A model generated the notes under the pieces. It saw only the letters and a list, made by a program, of their open reading frames with translations. It ran no database searches and was not told where the DNA came from. A stretch of DNA of 51,218 bases from a virus (Duplodnaviria > Caudoviricetes), in IMG/VR virus record IMGVR_UViG_3300036790_000100, positions 1 through 51,218 of that record; one strand, given 5' to 3'. Positions 44,703 through 51,218 of the stretch are shown here, piece by piece (the first letter of the stretch is position 1; each line of letters starts with the position of its first letter). Both the position numbers and the translations under genes were made by a program.

Positions 44703-45809
44703 TCATAATTTACCGCCCTCGGCCAGCGCTTCCTTCTTCTCGACGTAGGCGGCATGCACGGCGTTCGGGATCTCCCGGGTGCTCGCGGCGTAGTCGGTCC
44801 ACACCTTCGTCTTGATCAGCTCCAGTTGCTTGAGCGTGGTGCTGGCGCGCAGCTCGAAGGCAGCCGTGTCATCCGAGTAGTACGGCACGTAGTTGCTGGA
44901 CGGCTTCTTGTCTGGCTCCTTGGCCGCCGCCGGCGTCACTTCCTGTTTTGCTTCCGGTTTTGAGGCCGCGGCCGCGGGCTGCTCGGCCGCCTTGCGCAGT
45001 GCCTCCTTGGCGGCATCCGCGCGGCTCGCCGGGGTCGCGCCCTCCAGCTGCGGGAAGGACTCATCCACCGTCGCATCGCCCTCCTTGATCGCAGTCTTGA
45101 TGCCAGTGAGCAAGGTGAGCTGATCGATGCCGATGTCAGCTTCTCCGGTCACCTCGAGCACCGCGAACACGCGCGCCTGGTCGATGCCCAGCTTGCGGAT
45201 CCAGTCCATGACCTGGCCGCGGCGCTTGGCCAGCGTCGTCGCATCCCCGATCGCCACGCGCCGCGCCTCGGTCTCGAGTTTGCGGCACAGCGCCTTCGGC
45301 ACCACCGTGAAGGTCGCATCGCGGCGGGCCTTCGCCAGGCACGCCTTCGCCACCACCACGCGCATGCGCTCGCTGTAGGGCTTGTTGTACTTGTCCACCG
45401 TGGACTCGATGACCTCCGATTCGCTGGCGAAGTTGGTCTCCAGGTCGTGCGCGTAGCCCTTGGCCTTCACGTAGCGCGGCGTCATTTCCACGATCATCGC
45501 GCCCACGCGCAGGTTGCCGTAGCAGCCGCCGACGATCTCGGCCATGCGGATCGACATGCCTTCGGCGAACTTGCCGCCGCCGACGGGCCGGCTGTACAGG
45601 CACGACTCGGCCGTCTCCTCATCGAGCGTCACCATTTCGAGCGCGCGCTTCTGGAACTTGGCGATCGATCGCGGGTAGGCATGGGCGGTGGCGATCTGCC
45701 GATCGATCTGCGCATCGGTGATCGACTTCAGCGCCTGGTTCACGCTGTCCTGGACGGAGACGATCTCCCCGGTGTCGCCGTCGATGACCTGGCTGCCTTC
45801 GGTGCTCAT
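44703..45809 (-). CDS. Putative single-strand annealing/recombination protein (partner of YqaJ)
   Basis: IDRQIATA..YPRS..EG.SIR.AE...GNL core with flexible C-terminal tail; coupled to the YqaJ gene. Function inferred from position only. Confidence 0.55.
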   Translation of the reverse strand: MSTEGSQVIDGDTGEIVSVQDSVNQALKSITDAQIDRQIATAHAYPRSIAKFQKRALEMVTLDEETAESCLYSRPVGGGKFAEGMSIRMAEIVGGCYGNLRVGAMIVEMTPRYVKAKGYAHDLETNFASESEVIESTVDKYNKPYSERMRVVVAKACLAKARRDATFTVVPKALCRKLETEARRVAIGDATTLAKRRGQVMDWIRKLGIDQARVFAVLEVTGEADIGIDQLTLLTGIKTAIKEGDATVDESFPQLEGATPASRADAAKEALRKAAEQPAAAASKPEAKQEVTPAAAKEPDKKPSSNYVPYYSDDTAAFELRASTTLKQLELIKTKVWTDYAASTREIPNAVHAAYVEKKEALAEGGKL

Positions 45810-46861
45810 GAGTTTTCGGTCTCCTGAAGTGTGATGATCTCGATGTTGCGGTTGCAGTCCGGGCAGAACTTGCCGCTCGCCCCATCGATGGCGCGGACCC
45901 AGGCGACGGCGTGCGGGTGCAGGCAGTCTCCCTTCAACTTGTTGAGGAACGGCCGGGCGCCGGCGCGCTCCTTCAAGTACTTCGGGTAGAGCGTCGGGTG
46001 CTCGAAGGCGAACTTGTCCACGTCGAACACGTTGGAGGCTTTGTTCTGCCGCCAGGTCACAAGCGGCGCGCCGGTGACGTCGACCAGCTCGCTGATCGTG
46101 CCCATGACGGACTTCACCGCGAGCTCCAGTTCCTCCTTCTCGGCCTCGAACTGTTTGATGTTGGCGCGCACGCGGTGGTGGCGCTGCAGGGCCTCGAGTG
46201 TCTCCGGGGTGATCTTCGCCTTGGTGCCCTTCGCATCCTTCGGCCAGGCGATCTTCGCATCCTCGAGGCTCACGGCCGCCGGCGGCGACTTGGCTTCCAC
46301 CAGGTCCCAGAACGCGCGCTGCTGCCGGGTGAGCAGCTGGATCAGTTCCTCATCGCGCTGGATGCGGTAGAGCCGGAACTGCCGGTTGGTGATGATCAGC
46401 GGCATCCACGCATGCTCAAGGCCCGTGCAGGCCATGCCGTGCTGACACTGCAGCAGGTACTGCATCGGCACCGAGCCATCCTCCAGCGGATCGCCCCAAT
46501 CATCAGGGGACGCAAAGCCGGTGCTCTTGGCCTCGACCAGTCCCATATCGGAGCTGATGCCATCGAGCGTGACCCAGCGACGCGGCCACTGCGGATCCAC
46601 CACCTTGCGCTGCCGATCGGTGACCTGGAACTTCGTGCGAAACGTGAAGCGCGAGAGCGCCACCGGCTCAAGCGCAATGCCCATTTCCAGGTGCAGCGCC
46701 AGCTCCTCCTCGGTGTCCGGATCGGCGACCACCTCGCTGCCCATCTTCTCCATGAACAGCTGCAGCTGGGTTTTCCAGGGGCTCAGACCCACGGACGCGG
46801 CGGCCTCGGATGCGCCGAGACCCGTGCGGCGCTCAGCGAGCTCCGCTTCGGTGAACTTCAT
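45806..46861 (-). CDS. YqaJ / lambda-exonuclease family recombinase nuclease
   Basis: RR.GLGASE..G.SPWKT..L, G..LEP, TLDG...VEAK, YLLQCQH.M.CTG. Confidence 0.92.
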   Translation of the reverse strand: MKFTEAELAERRTGLGASEAAASVGLSPWKTQLQLFMEKMGSEVVADPDTEEELALHLEMGIALEPVALSRFTFRTKFQVTDRQRKVVDPQWPRRWVTLDGISSDMGLVEAKSTGFASPDDWGDPLEDGSVPMQYLLQCQHGMACTGLEHAWMPLIITNRQFRLYRIQRDEELIQLLTRQQRAFWDLVEAKSPPAAVSLEDAKIAWPKDAKGTKAKITPETLEALQRHHRVRANIKQFEAEKEELELAVKSVMGTISELVDVTGAPLVTWRQNKASNVFDVDKFAFEHPTLYPKYLKERAGARPFLNKLKGDCLHPHAVAWVRAIDGASGKFCPDCNRNIEIITLQETENS

Positions 46862-46866
46862 GATGA

Positions 46867-47109
46867 CTACCTTCCCCGTTTCTTATCGAGATTGGACAAG
46901 AGGGAGCCGATCACGACGCCCTCCCTGAAAATCTGTAGACGCTCGCGGAACCGGCCGGCGTCATGGCCGAGGCCTCCGGGCATGCCAGGCGCATCGATGG
47001 CGCGCGTCACCCGGTCGATCCAGTCGAACACCACGCGCACGCCGTGGGCGTGAGGTGATGCACCTGGCCGCGGCGTCACCACCGCGACCTTCTTCGCCTT
47101 GCGCGCCAC
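46867..47109 (-). CDS. Hypothetical protein
   Basis: Fits the early operon. Confidence 0.45.
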   Translation of the reverse strand: MARKAKKVAVVTPRPGASPHAHGVRVVFDWIDRVTRAIDAPGMPGGLGHDAGRFRERLQIFREGVVIGSLLSNLDKKRGR

Positions 47110-47113
47110 GGAC

Positions 47114-47368
47114 CTACAGCGCTTGCGGGCGCAGGCCGGGCGGGAACGGGCCGGGCAGGTTCAGGCGCTGCTTGCGCTCAGCCCGCACCCCGCGCACGAA
47201 CCCGACGCGCTCGGCGCGCACCAGGGCCAGGGCGACCTGCGCGGTGGTCAGCACCGGCTCCTCGCCGAGCGCCAGGATCACATCGCGCAGGTTTCGGATC
47301 GGCTGCACGTCCTGCGATACCGCGGGTACAGCCTTCGCTGAGCCGCTCACCGGATCACCAGCCAGCAC
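47114..47368 (-). CDS. Hypothetical protein (start uncertain)
   Basis: Fits the early operon. Confidence 0.45.
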   Translation of the reverse strand: MLAGDPVSGSAKAVPAVSQDVQPIRNLRDVILALGEEPVLTTAQVALALVRAERVGFVRGVRAERKQRLNLPGPFPPGLRPQAL

Positions 47369-47465
47369 AGCGTATCCATGACGGCCATGAACAGCACCAC
47401 GCGCACCAGCGCGGCCCGATTGATCACCCGTGCAGACATCCGCACGGGCTGGTTGTTGCTACCGC

Positions 47466-47567
47466 TCACCCGAGCACACGGGCGAACTGTACGGCCAGGA
47501 TCACGAAGGCCAGCGCCGAGGCTACACCGGCGGCCTTCACCACAAACATCGCTGATTTCTTGAACAT
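47466..47567 (-). CDS. 33-aa single-TM peptide, first gene of the leftward operon (not in the ORF track)
   Basis: AGGAG RBS; MFKKSAMFVVKAAGVASALAFVILAVQFARVLG. Confidence 0.55.
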   Translation of the reverse strand: MFKKSAMFVVKAAGVASALAFVILAVQFARVLG

Positions 47568-47612
47568 GGCAATTCTCCTGAGCTTGACTGTCTGCACACC
47601 TTCTACGCGCCA

Positions 47613-47641
47613 ACGCTACGCCCACGGCGCAAGCGCGTCAA
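47613..47641 (-). promoter_or_regulatory. Leftward early promoter
   Basis: TTGACG-17 bp-TAGCGT on the - strand. Confidence 0.65.
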
Positions 47642-47646
47642 GCTAC

Positions 47647-47675
47647 TTGATGCCAGTTGGCACCCATGCTAGGTT
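47647..47675 (+). promoter_or_regulatory. Rightward early promoter
   Basis: TTGATG-17 bp-TAGGTT, placing the start site next to ATG 47684. Confidence 0.6.
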
Positions 47676-47683
47676 GCGCCCCT

Positions 47684-47920
47684 ATGGTCAAGTGCCTCGA
47701 AGCCTATATTGCCCTCGTCGGGAACGCTGCTAACGCCGCGAAAGTATTCGGAATTGATAGCAGCTTGCTGTCTCGATACCGCAGCGGAAAGCGGGTCGCA
47801 ACCGTTCATTTCATCATGCGGATGCACGAGCGCAGCGGTATTCCCATTGAGGACCTCGTACGCGACTTTGCGGCAGGTGCGACTGAGCCTGAGCCGGAAA
47901 TGTCCACGGCTGACAGTTAA
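47684..47920 (+). CDS. Cro-like HTH regulator
   Basis: NAANAAKVFGIDSSLLSRYRSGKR...MHERSGIPIEDL. Confidence 0.8.
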   Translation: MVKCLEAYIALVGNAANAAKVFGIDSSLLSRYRSGKRVATVHFIMRMHERSGIPIEDLVRDFAAGATEPEPEMSTADS

Positions 47921-48112
47921 GTCCTACGAATCAGCAAGTTGTGATCTGACTCATTGCGCAGGCCGCTTGCCCGGCGCCATGATCGGCCGATAAGTACGGG
48001 GGAGTGTTCGATGATTGCCGTGGTTCCACGCCGCCCAATTGGGCATAATCCTGGCGCACCCTTCCAGGGCCTGGCTGGCACACCTTCCGCCACAGGCAAT
48101 CAGGTGCTCCCC

Positions 48113-48148
48113 AGGCCTCGACGGCCGGCAATCCGTCGGGGCCTTTCT
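48113..48148 (+). terminator. Possible terminator/attenuator upstream of the replication gene
   Basis: AGGCCTCGACGG-loop-CCGTCGGGGCCT followed by a short TTCT tail. Confidence 0.45.
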
Positions 48149-48168
48149 ACGTGTGGGACCCGGCTCTG

Positions 48169-49056
48169 ATGGTCGATCTGCCGAGGCCACCGATCGATCC
48201 GGACGTGGACCTCCGGAACTTCCCCTACCTTCCGCTCGATGTGGTAAGGCTCCGCGACAGCGACCTGGCGGCCTCGCCGCACCCCGAAGTTTTCCGCTGC
48301 GCGGTGCTCAGCTGGTGTGTCGCCTGGCACCAGACGCCAGCCGGCAGCCTGCCAGACGATGACGTGATTCTCGCCAGGCTGCTTGGCTATGGTAGAGACA
48401 TCAGAGGGTGGCAACGCATCCGCAAGAAGGGTGGTTTGCGTGGCTGGGCGCTTCATTCTGATGGTCGGTTGTACCATCCCGTTGTGGTGGAAAAGGCTAT
48501 AGAATCATGGCTTAAGAACAAGTCCAACCGGGCTAAAACGGAGGCGGCACGGCTGGCTAAACTCAAGCTGTCACAAGGTCAGTCACAACCTCTGTCACAG
48601 AGCCTGTCACTACCACTGTCACAGACGGAATCTTCCACTGTCACTGGATCCAAGGGAAGGGAAGGGATAGGAAGGGAAGAGAAGGGAAGGGACGTCGGAC
48701 CCTCCGTAGGTGCCCGTGACGCTCCTCCGGAGCCACCCACGCCGGATGAGAACCGGCGCGTGTTCCTGGCCTGCAAGTCCAAGTACCCCGGAGGGCTGCA
48801 CCGTGGCGATCACTGGCTGCTCGCCGAGCGCGAGATTGGGCTGAGGCTCGATGAGGGCACGCCAGGTGACGCGCTGATCGGGAACACTGAGGCCTATTGC
48901 GCTCAGCAGGAAGCCTTGGGCACGATCGGGACCGAGCGGGTGATGCGGCCGAATAATTTTTACAACGGCTCCGGCGCCTGGCGCGGTCCGTTCCCGCTGC
49001 CGGTCGCGAAGTCCAATCGAGCATCTGACCGAATCACTTACGTGCCGGAGGAGTGA
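48169..49056 (+). CDS. DUF1376 (YdaU-like) replication initiator
   Basis: DLRNFPYLPLDVVRLRDS..WHQ.PAGSLPDDD..LA.L..GW....DGRLYHPVV.EKA; internal iterons; C-terminal YP/FYN domain. Confidence 0.85.
   Translation: MVDLPRPPIDPDVDLRNFPYLPLDVVRLRDSDLAASPHPEVFRCAVLSWCVAWHQTPAGSLPDDDVILARLLGYGRDIRGWQRIRKKGGLRGWALHSDGRLYHPVVVEKAIESWLKNKSNRAKTEAARLAKLKLSQGQSQPLSQSLSLPLSQTESSTVTGSKGREGIGREEKGRDVGPSVGARDAPPEPPTPDENRRVFLACKSKYPGGLHRGDHWLLAEREIGLRLDEGTPGDALIGNTEAYCAQQEALGTIGTERVMRPNNFYNGSGAWRGPFPLPVAKSNRASDRITYVPEE
48568..48685 (+). repeat. Putative replication origin: C(T/A)GTCAC iterons plus purine tract
   Basis: Copies at 48568, 48580, 48592, 48604, 48616 (12-bp period) and 48638, followed by GGGAA repeats. 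Confidence 0.7.
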
Positions 49057-49592
49057 CCATGGACCTGCAACGCGACTACCCGAAATTCAAGCTGCTGCTG
49101 CAGCGCCTGTGCGAGACGCTCGACAAACCCTGCAAGGACGAGCTCGTGGAGTCGTGGTGGAAATCTCTGCGCCACGTTGAGCTGGTTTCGGTGGAGCGTC
49201 GGATCGATGCGTTCCTGGCGACCGCGACGGCCGACACGAAGTTTCCTCGACCAGCGATGATGCGCGATGCTGATGCCGAGCCGCCGCAACCGACCGATGT
49301 GAACTTCCAGCGCGGCTATTGGCGCAGCGGAATCGTGTCGTGTCTGTGCACTCACACGCGCCTGACCTATCGCGAGCTCGAGCAGGTTCTGATCCAGAAT
49401 CGCGACGGGCTGGAGCGTCCGCTGCAAGAGTTGCTGAACGATTACGCCACGCGCGAGCCTGGCGATGAAGGCGCGCTCGCGACGCTCGATCGGCGTTGCG
49501 TTGACTTGGTGGCTCACGCCGGAGCTTTCGCCTCGCATCGAACCCATCTTTCCCGCGAGCAGCTCACTGCGTCAGCTGGTGCGCTGCTGTAA
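49053..49592 (+). CDS. Putative helicase loader/replication accessory protein
   Basis: WW..L...FPRPA N-terminal pattern; coupled to the initiator gene. Confidence 0.5.
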   Translation: MTMDLQRDYPKFKLLLQRLCETLDKPCKDELVESWWKSLRHVELVSVERRIDAFLATATADTKFPRPAMMRDADAEPPQPTDVNFQRGYWRSGIVSCLCTHTRLTYRELEQVLIQNRDGLERPLQELLNDYATREPGDEGALATLDRRCVDLVAHAGAFASHRTHLSREQLTASAGALL

Positions 49593-49627
49593 TCTCCACT
49601 CCGTTCACCCTGGAAGCCATTGCCACC

Positions 49628-50485
49628 ATGACCACGACCAAACAGCAATCTCCGCTGGTGCTCGATGACGCACCGGCCAATGCGAAGAAGATCTCAAACA
49701 ACCTGCTGAACTTCGGCACCGAGAAGGTCCCGGCGTTCACGATCCCCATGGAAGGCCTGCAGCTGCTCGAGGCGGCCGTTGATCGGCTGTTCGGCAAGTA
49801 CACCTTCCGCAGCTGGTTCAACCAGGATGCGCAGACGCTGCTGTGGTCACCGATGCCCTGGTGGTCGCTGCTCGAGGGCGGCACGCTGAAGTTCTCCATC
49901 GAGCTCGCACTCGATGACGTGGAGATCCTGGTCGAAGGCGCGACGCGATCGCTCCTGTTTGAACACGACCAGGACAGCGAAGGCAAGGACCGGCCGATCG
50001 GCAAGATCAGCGGCATCACCGCGAAGGCCCTCGTCGCCGGCATCGTGGAGCTGGGCTTCAGTCTCACGCTGCGTCCAGGTCTTGGTGAGGAGAATCTCGG
50101 CCTGCAGGAAAACCAGTACAAGCCGGTGCTGATCACGCTCGGCGATACGCGGCTTATCCAAAAACCCGGTGACAAGCAGCAGTCGCTGGACCTCAAGCCA
50201 CCAGGCGCTGCGCCGGCGCCAGAAGCTGCAGGTTCGCCGCCGGCGACCGACGTGAGCAACGGGGAAGGTCAACCGGCCTCCGGAGACGTGCGCGATCACG
50301 GCGCCGTCGGGGAGCACCTGGAGGGTCCGAGCGGCGATGGTCCCGAAGGCCTGACACGCCTCGAGGAAAACCTGCGCAAGCAAACCGAAGCGGTGACCGC
50401 ACGTCCTGGTCAGGTGGTCGATGGCACCACAGCTGCCAGTCGCGCGACGCGCAGGTCGCGAGTCGATGTCTCGCCCAAGCATTGA
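49628..50485 (+). CDS. Hypothetical protein
   Basis: Long ORF with typical codon usage and a disordered C-terminus. Confidence 0.7.
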   Translation: MTTTKQQSPLVLDDAPANAKKISNNLLNFGTEKVPAFTIPMEGLQLLEAAVDRLFGKYTFRSWFNQDAQTLLWSPMPWWSLLEGGTLKFSIELALDDVEILVEGATRSLLFEHDQDSEGKDRPIGKISGITAKALVAGIVELGFSLTLRPGLGEENLGLQENQYKPVLITLGDTRLIQKPGDKQQSLDLKPPGAAPAPEAAGSPPATDVSNGEGQPASGDVRDHGAVGEHLEGPSGDGPEGLTRLEENLRKQTEAVTARPGQVVDGTTAASRATRRSRVDVSPKH

Positions 50486-50594
50486 TCCGTTCTGCGGGCC
50501 GGCTGTTTGGTTTGGGTTGCAGCACCTGATCCAGACGCGGCCCGATCTGTTCCGCCCACTTGTTCCCACAAAAGCCCACGAGGAGATCCCGCAC

Positions 50595-50849
50595 ATGAGC
50601 AGCGTCAGCATCACGGCCACCGGCGCCACGAAGGCCGCAGTCATCACCGCGCTTGAGGCACAGAAGCCAGCCGGTCACTCGAGCCTGCAAGGCGGCTTGG
50701 TCGATCACCTGGTCGAGCACGTCGAGGACCTTCCCGATGATGCCGCCGATATCAGCGTGTCGCTGTCGGCGCATATCGGCTACAGCGTCGAGGAAGCTGC
50801 GGCCGACACCAAAGCTGCGGCCGCCGGCTCCGACCAGGGCGGCGCGTAA
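50595..50849 (+). CDS. Hypothetical protein
   Basis: GAGGAG RBS before ATG 50595. Confidence 0.7.
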   Translation: MSSVSITATGATKAAVITALEAQKPAGHSSLQGGLVDHLVEHVEDLPDDAADISVSLSAHIGYSVEEAAADTKAAAAGSDQGGA

Positions 50850-50870
50850 CACCAGCGGCCGGGTGCCACC

Positions 50871-51188
50871 ATGGGTTCCAGATCCAAGCGCCGCGAGCGT
50901 GAGCTGCTACGCCAGTCACACTTCGCCACGCGGCTGATCGAGATCGGTGTGCCTGCGGAGCTGGCTGCGCGTACGGCAGCTGACCGCGGCATGCGCGATC
51001 GCATCCAGGCATCCGGCCATTGGCATGACGGTTCGAAACCGGCGCCGTTCCAGAATCCGTACCAGGTGATCGGGCCCGCGAGCCTTGCACCTGGCGTCGG
51101 TGAACCTGACCTGGCGCCAGTTGCCGCCAAGACCTTCGTGCGTATGGAGATCGCTCGTGCCATCGAAGCAACTGAAACTCAGCGCTGA
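50871..51188 (+). CDS. Hypothetical protein
   Basis: Ends inside the terminal repeat, overlapping the nuclease start across the circular junction. Confidence 0.55.
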   Translation: MGSRSKRRERELLRQSHFATRLIEIGVPAELAARTAADRGMRDRIQASGHWHDGSKPAPFQNPYQVIGPASLAPGVGEPDLAPVAAKTFVRMEIARAIEATETQR

Positions 51189-51218
51189 GCTGTGGCCGGA
51201 CCTGGCGCTCGAGGCCGG
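51092..51218. repeat. Terminal direct repeat, copy 2
   Basis: Identical to 1-127. Confidence 0.95.

Noticed and set aside
45560-45600. Match of the long-array segment GG GG AA TT to this phage's own GGKF codons
   Set aside because: Only four pairs match and the flanks do not align; compatible with chance.
47921-48168. tRNA or coding gene between cro and the initiator
   Set aside because: No cloverleaf or T-loop motif recognised, and the candidate ORFs lack RBS and protein-like composition.
48651-48685. GGGAA pentamer repeat as another guide array
   Set aside because: Purine-rich, nearly invariant, and coding (GREG) inside the initiator; it lacks the GGY-NN pattern.

Overview
Complete, circularly assembled genome (51,091 bp; bases 1-127 are repeated exactly at 51092-51218) of a high-GC tailed phage with podovirus architecture of the BPP-1/epsilon15 type. 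The + strand carries terminase, head-tail connector, scaffold, capsid, tail tubes, ejection proteins, tailspike and lysis genes. A - strand early arm carries a YqaJ nuclease, a putative annealing protein, an SMC-like ATPase, an exonuclease, ParB, DnaJ, a Tad1-like protein and many small ORFs. A Cro/DUF1376 replication arm follows divergent promoters. I found no integrase, CI repressor or DNA polymerase. The standout locus is 43713-44698: a stand-alone RAMP/Cas7-like gene flanked on both sides by non-coding arrays of phased pentamers (GGY-NN on the coding strand). Read as codon positions 1-2 with every third base skipped, the variable NN pairs of the downstream array spell a Walker A motif (V-I-S-G-R-N-G-Q-G-K-T-S). 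That matches the family of the adjacent ATPase gene but is mismatched to this phage's own copy, suggesting a non-contiguous RNA-guide system aimed at related phages. Other highlights are an intergenic chromosomal-type parS palindrome, an ejection protein with zeta-toxin-like and DdrB-ParB domains, a Tad1 immune-signal sponge, and a chaperone-bearing fibre with a signal peptide and C-terminal TM helix. All calls were made by eye without database searches.
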